Notes under the pieces: model-generated
Databases searched by the model: none
What the model was told of the DNA's origin: nothing
Seen by the model: the letters and a program-made list of their open reading frames with translations, nothing else
Source of the DNA: Octopus sinensis
Lineage: Eukaryota
Assembly (NCBI RefSeq): GCF_006345805.1
Contig: NW_021825894.1
Coordinates: 1 to 14,158 of the forward strand
Reading direction: 5' to 3'
Length of the DNA stretch: 14,158 nucleotides
Position numbers and translations under genes: made by a program
Part shown: positions 1 through 10,331 of the stretch, one piece after another
Numbering within the stretch: position 1 is the stretch's first letter
Layout: every line of letters starts with the position of its first letter

Positions 1-60
1 ATATATACATACACAACACACACATATATATACATACACACACACACACACATATATATA
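1..60. repeat. Compound (CA)n/(TA)n/(TACA)n microsatellite, cut by the window edge
   Basis: atatatacatacac-acacac units; reverse complement of the array starting at ~207. Confidence 0.9.
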
Positions 61-206
61 CTAGGGTCATAATTATGGGTGACAATTTCATATGACACCG
101 CTAGAAAAAACTGCCGGTCAAACCGAAAACTGTGGATCTTTTCGGTTTGAACGGCAGTTTTTCTAGCGGTGTCATATGAAATTGTCACCCATAATTATGA
201 CCCTAG
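61..206. repeat. Near-perfect 146-bp palindrome, possibly a MITE-like foldback element
   Basis: Arm 61-129 (ctagggtcataattatgggtgacaatttcatatgacaccgctagaaaaaactgccggtcaaaccgaaaa) matches the reverse complement of 139-206 with one mismatch and one A-run length difference. Loop is 9 nt (ctgtggatc). The palindrome is seen directly; MITE identity is inference. Confidence 0.85.
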
Positions 207-809
207 ACTATATATAATGTGTGTGTGTGTGTGTGTGTGGTAGTATATATGTGTGTGTGTGTGTGTGTGTGTATGTATATATATATGTGTGTGTGTGTAT
301 GGATATATGTGTGGTGTGTGTCTGTGTATGTATATATATATGTGTGTGTGTATGTATGTATGTATATATGTATGTGTGTATGTATATGTATGTGTGTGTG
401 TGTGTATGTATATATGTATGTGTGTGTGTATGTATATATATGTGTGTGTATGTATATATATGTGTGTGTGTATGTATATATATGTGTGTGTGTATGTATA
501 TATATGGGTGGTATGTATATATATGTGTTGGGTATGTATATATATGTGTGTGTGTATGTATATATATATATATGTGTGTGTGTATGTATATATATATGTG
601 GTGTGTGTATGTATAATATAGTGTGTGTATGTATATATATGTGATTAATTATAAGATGTATATAGATGTATATATTATATATGTATATATAAGTATATAT
701 TATGTATATATATGTATATATATATGTATATATATATATGTATATATATATAGTACGTATATATAGAAGTATGTTTATATATATATATAATATATATATA
801 TAGATATAT

Positions 810-851
<42 letters not shown>

Positions 852-865
852 AGTATGTATGTAAT
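207..865. repeat. Compound (TG)n/(TA)n/(TATG)n microsatellite with a ~20-22-bp higher-order unit, grading into a (TA)n-rich tract
   Basis: Recurrent gtgtgtgtgtatgtatatatat units over 207-640, then a TA-rich tract. Confidence 0.9.
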
Positions 866-898
866 GATTGATTGATTGATTGATTCTAGTTATGATCA

Positions 899-1220
899 TA
901 ATGGCATGACCGCGCGTACACACCCTCTCTATTTATTCACTCGATCTTCGTCCCTGAGACTTCTTTTTGTTCATCCAAATAAAAAACGTCCTTAACGGTA
1001 AACGTTTTGCAGACGTGGACGAAGTAAAAAAAAAAAAAAGAGCAACGGAGGCGTTAAAAAGCCTTGCTCGCAAGAATTCCAGCACTGTTTCGAAAAGTGT
1101 AAAGTGCGCTGGACCAATGCATTTCTAAATGGAGAATACTTTGAAGACGATAAAAGTGTAAACATAAACTAAGCGAATAAAATAATATTGCAAAATTCCA
1201 GTTTTTTGAGTAATCCTTCG
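899..1220 (+). mobile_element. Mariner (Tc1/mariner) 3' remnant: decayed transposase C-terminus plus right TIR
   Basis: 934-960 translates YSLDLRP*D, matching the mariner YSPDLAPxD motif, then FFLFIQIKNVLNGKRFADVDEVKK. The C-terminus reads NGEYFEDDKSVNIN* (stop 1170-1172). The end aaaattccagttttttgagtaatccttcg|TA looks like a mariner TIR followed by a TA target (1221-1222). Stops and frameshifts present; left part absent. Confidence 0.85.
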
Positions 1221-1323
1221 TACATACACACACTGCAAATACATACATGCTCAAATACATTCATGCGTACATACATACATACACACACACGCACATCATA
1301 CATACATACATACATATATATAC

Positions 1324-1598
1324 TGTAGTATGACTGGTGAAAAGAGTACAACAGAACAAGGAAAGGAATGGAAATGTAATGGGTCTTACCTGCCAGAGAT
1401 GAACTCGGATCGCCTTTAGCCAACTCGCTCGCGTAGGTCTTATCGGTGTCTTCGTCGTGTCTGGCGCAACTGGTCAATGCCGCACGTGCGTTCTGTCTGT
1501 CACTTCCGCTTCCGCCCGCGCATACGCCCTGCAAGACCTGCAAGCCCCAATCCACCCCCCCCCTCCCATTCCGTCACACTCCTTCACCTCATAACACA
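1324..1598 (-). repeat. 3' LTR of copy 1 (~275 bp)
   Basis: tgtagtatg...ataacaca; aligns with 5853-6118 and 7261-7521; adjoins the PPT and integrase end. Confidence 0.9.
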
Positions 1599-1607
1599 CG
1601 CCCCTGA
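1599..1607 (-). other. Short polypurine tract of copy 1 (equivalent at 7522-7530 in copy 2)
   Basis: Minus strand reads tcaggggcg|TG (copy 2: aagggggcg|TG) immediately before the 3' LTR. Confidence 0.65.
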
Positions 1608-1615
1608 TCTATAGA

Positions 1616-4360
1616 TCACTGAACCGGCTTCCTCACTTCACTCCCGCACCTGAAACTGGTTTCATAATCAGCCAACAAGGGAGGAGGGTGCTGCTCCCTC
1701 TGTGGTCGCAGTGCGACCTAGGACTTGTTTCTGGTGGTTGCTGCCTGCTGCCGACCTCATCCTGTATGTGTTTTCGTCTTGCCCACTGTTGCTTGTCCCA
1801 TCCTCTGGGGCATGGACAATCCTCCGTATGTCAAAAACGTGGCGTGTGGCATACTATCGACCGAGATGTTATTCTTTGAATTTACGGAGGTTATTGTCCC
1901 CTTTCCCCATTGCGATGTACACCGTGCTTGGGGGTTTTTACCAAGACTTCCTCCCCGACCTGCACGAAGGCGTGCTCTTCCTCTGCCCCGGGTCGCATTG
2001 ATGTAGTACACGGATGCCTCCACTCGTACCTGAATATTGCCCTGTGTGGCACCGACTCCTCAGCCTGTCCTGATCTGGGCGACATATTGTACCAAAAACA
2101 CGGCCTCGACTGGTGAAATGTGACCCTCTCTGCCATGGCTTGATGGTACGATGATGCCTTTCCACCACCCCGTTTCCACTTGGCCGGTATGCCGCCCTGA
2201 AGAAGCGGTGACCTTCCACTCATCAAGCATTTCTCTCAGCACATCCGAGCGAAATGCAGTGCCGTTGTCCAGAAGCAGTTCATCCACGGGGCCTCGTTCC
2301 AGGAATATCTGATTCAACACTTTCACAATTTCTTCTGCGGTCCCCGACTTCATCTCCCTTCATCCGCCCCGGTCCGCAGTCAACCATTGAGAGGTATGTC
2401 CCTGCCAGTGGTGTTATGTCCACCGCCGTCGTCTCCAGTCCTGGTCCACTGGAATACTTCCCGCTTCATGCACGACCGGAGCAGGGTCGATGGACTGGCA
2501 CCTGTCACAACTGCTAACACTCTCTGACAACTCTGTCTTGTTACGTCGGAGTCAACTTTTCTGGCTAGGAACAATGTCCTGTCCACACCCATGTGATGCA
2601 TGGTGTGTAGTCTCCGTAACTCCGAGTCGCTCAGACGGCATACTGCAGCTACATCCTGCTTCGCATCCTCTGGCACCTGCAAACAGGCTCGCTTTACCCT
2701 GGTCAGGACGTCTGCCCTGTTCTTCTCGGAAGGCACAAAGATCACGCTCAGCTTCAGATTGAACTCAGTGGTTAGTTCACGCAGTATTCCTAATCGACGC
2801 TTTACCAGCATCTCTGCAGCCCCTTTGGTCCGCACCCTCCGCTCATCGGTGATGACTGCTGTCGCCCAACAAAGTACAGTGGATGAATCAGTCCTGATTT
2901 CTATGGTGTGCAACCCCAACTTCAAGGCTAGGTTCACCCCCTTCAGCACGGCATCCAACTCCGCCACGTTGATATGATTGCAGTCATCCATCTTCCTGAG
3001 CCAGGCCGCATCTTCCACCGTGACACCTCCCACTTCCAAGACAACCCCTATTGCGATGCTACTGGCGTCACACCATACGATCCGGCTCTTTGATTTGGGA
3101 ACATATCAGTTGCCCCTCACTGGGTCCTCTGCTCCTACTCTGACCAAGACTTCCTGCATCATGTCGATTGTCCTCTCCCCCACTTTATCATTCCACTTCA
3201 CTCCTTCGGCTCGTCTTGATGAAGCTACATGCTGTCCGGAGCCAGCCTGCAATCGGGTAGTGTCCCACCAGCTTCCCACACACAGAGAACAGTTCCCGTC
3301 TACTCATGCTGGCGCCCAGTTCAGGGACCTCATTCCCTCGCCGGAACACACAGGCGCCGGGCCTTGTCTCTCCATAGCTTGAGGCCCAGTGCAGCACCCT
3401 CCCTAAGCCTCTGGCGGCTTGGCGATCAGTCCAAAACTCTTCAGGTGGCCTATGACCTCCGTTGCTGGTATCACGGTTTCATCCACTAGAATGTCGTCGA
3501 TGTATGAATTGGTGGCCCTTTTTACTCTGTCCACCCTTCCCCAGGATGGCCTTGAGAATTGTTGCCATAACTTCGGCGCTGAATTCAGCCCGAATCCCAA
3601 CCTGGTCAGACAGTACGTCCGGCCCCTATACCTGACGAGCTGGTACTTCCATAATTCTCAGCCACATGCACCTGTAGGTATGCCGACTTCAAATCGACAA
3701 TCGTGGAGGCCCCCGTCGTCTGCCTCCACTCTGCAAGGTGTCTCCGCAGACATCCGTGGCCTCGCCGCCTGTATGACACGACACGTGGTCATTCAGCTCT
3801 CGGAATTCGAGCACTGGCCTGACCTTATGCTTTGTGGGCTGTATCACCGCCATCAGTGGCATGACTCCGCTCTCTTCTTTTTCCCAGGGGATCAGTATGC
3901 CCTCCTTAATCCACCGCTCCACCTCCCCCTCGAACTCACTTCTGGCATCTACCTTTAGAGTATGCTGATAGCAGCCCACTTTATTCTTTAACATCGGGGG
4001 CTCTCCCTTCCAGTGCCACTCCACTGTCCACCTCTTGCCATCAAAGACAGCCCGAAAATCCTGGTCTTCAATGGTGTGCGCCGCATCCTTTTCCTCACGG
4101 TTGTCGTCGGTGCGTGGTCTCGCCCTACATGGTTTCCCCGCCCTAACCCAAACGTTACGCCAGCCTCGTTGACGCTGACACCTCCCAAGCGAGTGAGTGA
4201 TTGCATCCATCCCATCACCACTTCAATCTCGTCCACCAAGTGACCAACCACAATTGCTCGCAACGTCAGCTGTAGTCCCTGCACCACAATCTGCGCATCC
4301 GTAACTCCTTCGCAGTGCACTTCTCTTCCGTCGACTGCCCTAACACTGCTTCCTCCACTC
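1616..4360 (-). pseudogene. pol of copy 1 (protease C-half, RT, RNase H, integrase), frameshifted
   Basis: PR C-half SSVRAVDGREVHCEG...IEVVMG; RT VRPVL(E/D)FRELN, DLKSAYLQ, GFGLNSAP, YIDD (3493-3504); RNase H D 3067-3069, E 2959-2961, D 2887-2889; IN zinc finger HTMHH...C-x2-C, D 2418-2420, D 2267-2269, E 2160-2162 (about D35E spacing); likely stop at 1616-1618. Many 1-nt frameshifts. Confidence 0.9.
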
Positions 4361-4370
4361 AGGGCAGTCT

Positions 4371-4928
4371 AGAGGTGGACAGTGGAGTGGCACTGGAAGG
4401 GAGAGCCCCCGATGTTAAAGAATAAAGTGGGCTGCTATCAGCATACTCTAAAAGGAGATGCCAGAAGTGAGTTCGAGGGGGAAGTGGAGCGGTGGATTAA
4501 GGAGGGCATATTGATTCCCTGGGAAAAAGAAGAGAGCGGAGTCCTGCCACTGATGGCGGTGATACAGCCCACAAAGCATAAGGTCAGGCCAGTGCTCGAC
4601 TTCCGAGAGCTGAATGACCACGTGTCGTGTCATACAGGCGGCGAGGCTACGGATGTCTGCGGAGACACCTGGCGACAGTGGAGGCAGACGACGGGGGCCT
4701 CCACGATTGGCGATTTGAAAGTCGGCATACCTCCAGGTTGCATGTGGCTGAGAAATTATGGAAGTACCAGCTCGTCAGGTATAGGGGCCGGGACGTACGT
4801 CTGATCAGGTTGGGATTCGGCTGAATTCAGCGCCGAACATTATGGCAACAATTCTCAAGGCCATCCTGGGGAAGGTGGACAGAGTAAAAAGTCCACCAAT
4901 TCATACATCGACGACATTCTGGTGGATG
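4371..4928 (+). repeat. Inverted duplicate of the RT segment (partner of 3480-4035) inserted into the protease
   Basis: Plus-strand translation WTVEWHWKGEPP...VRPVLDFRELN...YIDD (4904-4915)ILVD; reverse complement of 3480-4035 with scattered differences. Confidence 0.95.
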
Positions 4929-5789
4929 CCACTTCCGTAGTCATCAGGGTCGTTGTACAGCCCGTGTGCCCACCAGGGCTCGCGACATCTTCCCCTTCAC
5001 CAGAATGTCGACCACAGGTAGCGATGATAAACGCGCCGCTTACTAATCCAAAGGGACGACTACCGGCGCAGTAGTCTCCCGCGGTCCGTTTCCCCCGCAG
5101 ACACTCGCTGGCTACATGCCCTGGCTCTCGACACCGGTAGCAAATCACCTCAGGCTTGGGCGACGCGCAGTCGGGGGGACCATGTGTGGGCCTTGGCACC
5201 GGAAACACTGTCCTTTGAACGATCGCACGCGTTCTTTCCTCAGCCCCTCTCCGTTGCTCCTAGCTGGGCCACTTTTCGACGTTACAGTCGCTGCTACCGA
5301 CGTCAACCTGCTGCACGAAACCAGTACACGTGCCCGCGATATGATATCGGCCATCGGCATCGAACGCACGTTCGGGAGCTTCTGTAGCTCGACCGACATG
5401 ATGTCGGGAAAGCCGGTCACGAACGCTAACCTAACCGTCCGTTCTAGCGACTCTCCCTCATATCCCGCCAGTTTAGCCAACCTTCTAAGCTCACCGGCGA
5501 ACACGTCCACCTGTTGTCCGATCCATCTCATTCTACCCAGCCGAGCGTACGCTTCAAACATTCCTTCCGCGAAAGCCTCCATAAGTCGGATCTCCACTTT
5601 ATCTGCGCTGAGTTGGTCCGTCTCCTCCATCTCTAAATATAACGCCAAGGCCGGGCCATCCAAATACAACGGCATAAAAACTAGCCAGGTCAGCTATACC
5701 GTGGAGCTTCGCCACCAAATTTAACCTCTTCAACCAACGACCACATCGGTGTCGCCGCAAAACGGTGTTATAGGCTCGTGTGAAACCAT
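4929..5789 (-). pseudogene. gag with zinc knuckle plus protease N-half of copy 1
   Basis: Probable ATG at 5789 (MVSHEPITPFCGDTDVV..WLKRLNLVAKLHGIADLASFMPLYLDG, read across frameshifts). ORF 5145-5675 is the gag body. CCHC knuckle CYRCREPGHVASEC at 5101-5142, with a degenerate CFRCQGPH just upstream. Protease ALV(D)TGCTTTLMTTEVA is truncated at 4929. Confidence 0.85.
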
Positions 5790-5852
5790 AGCACTCTGCA
5801 TAATTTTCTATTTTATTTTTTACGAAACCGAGTGATTATTGCCGAAATAGCT

Positions 5853-6118
5853 TGTAGTATGAAAAGAGACAACAGAAAGGAAAGGAATGGAAATGTAATT
5901 TGCGTCTTACCTGGCCGGAGATGAACTCGGATCGCCTTTAGCCAATCGCTCGCGTCGTGTCTTCTCGGTGTCTTCGTCGTGTCTGGCGCAACTGGTCAAT
6001 GCCGCACGTGCGTTCTGTCTGTCACTTCCGCTTCCGCCCGCGCATGCGCCGTGCAAGACCTGCAAGCCCCACTTTCCGCTCCCCCTCATTCCGTCACACT
6101 CCTTCACCATCACACCCA
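5853..6118 (-). repeat. 5' LTR of copy 1 (~266 bp)
   Basis: tgtagtatg...atcacaccca followed by TSD tatac; aligns with 1324-1598. Confidence 0.9.
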
Positions 6119-6159
6119 TATACAAGCATATACTACGTGCTTACATAATACATATATGC

Positions 6160-6383
6160 ATTTCTTTACTACCCATAAGGGGCTAAAACACAGAGGGACA
6201 AACAAGGGACAGACAAACGGATTATTAAGTCGATTATATCGACCCCAGTGCGTAACTGGTACTTAATTATCGACCCCGAAAGGATGAAAGGCAAAGTCGA
6301 CCTCGGTGGAATTTAAACTAGAACGTACGGCAGACGAAATACGGATATGCATTTCGCCCGGCGTGCTAACGTTTCTGCCACGC
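6160..6383 (-). mobile_element. tRNA-derived SINE, family A, copy 1
   Basis: Aligns along its length with 13733-13963. Minus strand has an A-box-like tggcagaaacg, a decayed B-box and the core gaggtcgactttgcctttcatcctttcggggtcgata. Resembles an abundant octopus SINE (recall only). Confidence 0.8.
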
Positions 6384-6589
6384 ACAATCATCTTGGTAGT
6401 CTACGCACATGCACAGAAGCAGACGCAAAAAACCCGCGCCTGCGAGCGCGCATGCATACGCACACACACACCCCCCAACAACACAGCAATCCAAACACAC
6501 GTTCGTAGATTGACTCAAAATGCGTGTCTGGCGGGGATGATGAACGACGAGAGATAGAGAAAGACTGAAGGAGACCAATAGATACACAA

Positions 6590-7110
6590 TCTACACACAC
6601 ACAAGCACAAACACACACGCACACATATACACTCACAACAAACACACACACTCACGCACACTACACACACACACACACATCAAACACAAACACCACGCAC
6701 ACATATACACTCACAACAAACACACACACTCACGCACACATACACACACACACATCAAACACAAACACACACGCACACATATACACTCACAACAAACACA
6801 CACACACATACACACACTAACAACAAACATACACACTCACGCACACACATCAAACAAACACACACGCACACATACACACTCACAACAAACATACACACAC
6901 TCACGCACACATACACACACCACAACAGACATACACACACTCACGCACACACATCAAGCACAAACACAAAAACACTCACAAAAACATACACACACTCACG
7001 CACACATACACCACCACTCACAAACAAACATACACACTCACGCACACACATCAACACAAAAAACACACGCACGCATACACACTCACACACACACACGCAC
7101 ACACACATTT
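6590..7110. repeat. CA-rich minisatellite with a ~75-79-bp higher-order unit
   Basis: cacaaacacacacgcacacatatacactcacaac recurs at ~6606, ~6685 and ~6760, then decays into sub-units. Confidence 0.8.
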
Positions 7111-7170
7111 GCAACCAATGTTTATGTGTTCTTATGATTGCAGACAATAGTGGTAAGTAAAGCAGAATAG

Positions 7171-7260
7171 TGGAGGACATAACCTAGTGGTTAGAAACAG
7201 CGGACTCGCGGTCGAGAATTCGCGGGTTCGAATCTCAGACCGGGGGAGGGGATGTGTGTG
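7171..7260 (+). mobile_element. tRNA-derived SINE, family B: 5' head, split by Gypsy copy 2
   Basis: A-box-like taacctagtgg (7180-7190) and B-box ggttcgaatc (7225-7234); sequence is interrupted by the LTR at 7261. Confidence 0.8.
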
Positions 7261-7521
7261 TGTAGTGAAACGGTGAAAAGAGTACAACAGAAAAAGGGAG
7301 AATGGAAAATGTAATTGGGTCTTACCTCGTCGGAGATGAACTTGGATCGCTTTTAGCCAACTCGCTCGTCTGGTCCCTTCGCCCTGTCTGCCGCAACTCC
7401 TCAATGCCGCACGTGCGTTCTGCCTGTCACTTCCGCTTCCTCCGGCGCATGCGCCCTGCAAGCCCTGCAAGCCCCACTTCCGCTCTCCCCCATCCGTCAC
7501 ACTCCTTCACCACACACCACA
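7261..7521 (-). repeat. 3' LTR of copy 2 (~261 bp, variant type)
   Basis: tgtagtgaaa...acacaccaca; homologous to the copy 1 LTRs but with a shorter, diverged central block. Confidence 0.88.
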
Positions 7522-7540
7522 CGCCCCCTTGATCTACAGA

Positions 7541-10331
7541 TCACTGAACCGGCTTCCTCACTCACTCCCGCACCTGAAACTGGTTTCATAATCAGCCAAC
7601 CAGGGAGGAGGGTGCCGCTCCCTCTGTGGTCGCAGTGCGACCCTAGGACTTGTACCTGGCGTGTTGCTGCCGACCTCGTCATCCTGTCTGTTGTTTTCGT
7701 CTTGCCACTGCTGCTGGCCCCATCCTCTGGGGCATGGACAATCCTCCGTATGTCCAAACGTGGCGTGGCATACTATCGACCGAGATGTTATTCTTTGAAT
7801 TTACGGAGGTTATTGTCCCCTTTCCCATTGCGATGTACACCGTGCGTTGGGGGGTTTACCCAGACTTCCTCCCCGACCTGCACGAAGGCGTGCTCTTCCT
7901 CTGCCCCGGGTCGCATTGATGTAGTACACGGATGCCTCCACTCGTACCTGAATATTGCCCTGTGTGGCACCGACTCCTCAGCCTGTCCTGATCTGGGCGA
8001 CATATTGTACCAAAACAACGGCCTCGACTGGTGAAATGTGACCCCTCTGCCATGGCCTTGATGGTACGATGATGCTGCCTTCCACCACCCCGTTCCACTT
8101 GGCCGGTATGCCGCCCTGAAGAAGGTGGTTGACCTTCCACTCATCAAGCATTTCTCTCAGCACATCCGAGCGAAATGCAGTGCCGTTGTCCAGAAGCAGT
8201 TCATCCACGGGGCCTCGTTCCGAATATCTGATTCAACACTTTCACAATTTCTTCTGCGGTCCCCGACTTCATCTCCCTTCATCCGCCCCGGTCCGCAGTC
8301 AACCATTGAGAGGTATGTCCCCTGCTGGTAGTGTGTTATGTCCCCTGCCGCTAGTGTGTTATGTCCACCGCCAGTCGTCTCCAGTCCTGGTCCACTGGAA
8401 TACTTCCCGCTTCATGCACGACCGGAGCAGGGTCGATGGACTGGCACCTGTCACAACTGCTAACCACTCTCTGCACACTCTGTCTTGTTACGTCGGAGTC
8501 AACTTTTCTGGCTAGGAACAATGTCCTGTCCACACCCATGTGATGCATGGTGTGTAGTCTCCGTAACTCCGAGTCGCTCAGACGGCATACTGCAGCTACA
8601 TCCTGCTTCGCATCCTCTGGCACCTGCAAACAGGCTCGCTTTACCCTGGTCAGGACGTCTGCCCTGTTCTTCTCGGAAGGCACAAAGATCACGCTCAGCT
8701 TCAGATTGAACTCAGTGGTTAGTTCACGCAGTATTCCTAATCGACGCTTTACCAGCATCTCCAGCCCCTTTGGTCCGCACCCTCCGCTCATCGGTGATGA
8801 CTGCTGTCGCCCAACAAAGTACAGTGGATGAATCAGTCTGATTTCTATGGTGTGCAACACCCAACTTCAAGGCTAGGTTCACCCCTTCAGCACGGCATCC
8901 AACTCGCCACGTTGATATGATTGCAGTCATCCATCTCCTGAGCCAGGCCGCATCTTCCACCGTGACACCTCCCACTTCCAAGACAACCCCTATTGCGATG
9001 CTACTGGCGTCACACCATACGATCCGGCTCTTTGATTTGGGAACATACCAGTTGCCCCTCACTGGGTCCTCTGCTCCTACTCTGACCAGACTTCCTGCAT
9101 CATGTCGATTGTCTCTCCCCCACTTTATCATTCCACTTCACTCCTTCGGCTCGTCTCTTGATGAAGCTACATGCTGTCCGGAGCCAGCCTGCAATCGGGT
9201 AGTGTCCCACCAGCTTCCACAACAGAGAGAACAGTTCCCGTCTACTCATGCTGGCGCCCAGTTCGGGACCTCATTCCCTCGCCGGAACGCCAAGGCGCGC
9301 CGGCCGTCTCTCCATAGCTTGAGGCCCAGTGCAGCACCTCCCTCCATAGCCTCTGGCGGCTTCGCGATCAGTCCAAAACTCTTCAGGTGGCCTATGACCT
9401 CCGTTGCTGGTATCACAGGTTTCATCCACTAGAATGTCGTCGATGTATGAATTGGTGGCCCTTTTTACTCTGTCCACCTTCCCCAGGATGGCCTTGAGAA
9501 TTGTTGCCATAATCTTCGGCGCTGAATTCAGCCCGAATCCCAACCTGGTCAGACAGTACGTCCGGCCCCTATACCTTACGAGCTGGTACTTCCATAATTT
9601 CTCAGCCACATGCACCTGTAGTATGCCGACTTCAAATCGACAATCGTGGAGGCCCCCGTCGTCTGCCTCCACTGTCGCAAGGTGTCTCCGCAGACATCCG
9701 TGGCCTCGCCGCCTGTATGGATACGACACGTGGTCATTCAGCTCTCGGAGTCAAGCACTAGCCTGACCTTATGCTTTGTGGGCTGTATCATCACCGCCAT
9801 CAGTGGCAGGACTCCGCTCTCTTCTTTTTCCCAGGGGATCAGTATGCCCTCCTTAATCCACCGCTCTCACCTCCCCCTCGAACTCACTTCTGGCATCTCC
9901 TTTTAGAGTATGCTGATAGCAGCCCACTTTATTCTTTAACATCGGGGGCTCTCCCTTCCAGTGCCACTCCACTGTCCACCTCTTGCCATCAAAGACAGCC
10001 CGAAAATCCTGGTCTTCAATGGTGTGCGCCGCATCCTTTTCCTCACGGTTGTCGTCGGTGCGTGGTCTCGCCCTACATGGTTTCCCCGCTAACCCAAACG
10101 TTACGCCAGCCTCGTTGACGGTGACACCTCCCAAGCGAGTGATTGCATCCATCCCCATCACCACTTCAATCTCGTCCACCAAGTGACCAACCACAATTGC
10201 TCGCAACGTCAGCTGTAGTCCCTGCACCACAATCTGCGCATCCGTAACCCCTTCGCAGTGCACTTCTCTTCCGTCGACTGCCCTAACACTGCTTCCTCCA
10301 CTCCCTAACACTGCTTCCTCCACTCCACGTG
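7541..10331 (-). pseudogene. pol of copy 2 (protease C-half, RT, RNase H, integrase), frameshifted
   Basis: Same motifs as copy 1: YIDD at 9436-9447, WCDASS, and HTMHHMG...SCDRC...WRRLAVDITH in ORF 8351-8860. Confidence 0.9.

Larger units (their letters stand above)
1324..6118 (-). mobile_element. Ty3/Gypsy-like LTR retrotransposon, copy 1 (two LTRs; internally rearranged and defective)
   Basis: Direct repeats 1324-1598 and 5853-6118, each TG...CA; 5-bp TSD TATAC at 1319-1323 and 6119-6123; domain order gag-PR-RT-RNaseH-IN on the minus strand (Gypsy order); PPT next to the left LTR. Confidence 0.93.

Noticed and set aside
219-923. Long ORFs rich in C/V/Y/M/I (also 6366-7180, 12532-13031, 13152-13689)
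   Set aside because: Translations of microsatellites that lack stop codons; no coding evidence.
1169-1555. ORFs crossing the LTRs (also 5907-6125 and 7132-7500)
   Set aside because: Short, no recognisable domain, ends differ among copies; incidental frames in GC-rich LTR sequence.
2600-2977. Plus-strand ORFs antisense to pol and gag (also 3419-3958, 5116-5724, 8917-9432)
   Set aside because: Shadow ORFs of a GC-rich coding strand; end points are not conserved between the two copies.
5020-5060. gag TAG followed in frame by protease, suggesting stop-codon readthrough
   Set aside because: Copy 1 has TAG TAA in frame with pol, but copy 2 is 2 nt shorter here and puts pol in another frame; indel noise makes the expression mechanism undeterminable.
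5703-5717. TGGTGGCGAAGC on the minus strand as a possible PBS
   Set aside because: About 135 bp from the LTR edge and inside the reconstructed gag frame (LVAKL).
7171-7245. Possible tRNA gene
   Set aside because: A and B boxes are present, but I could not build a convincing cloverleaf and the sequence continues as a SINE body after the Gypsy insertion.
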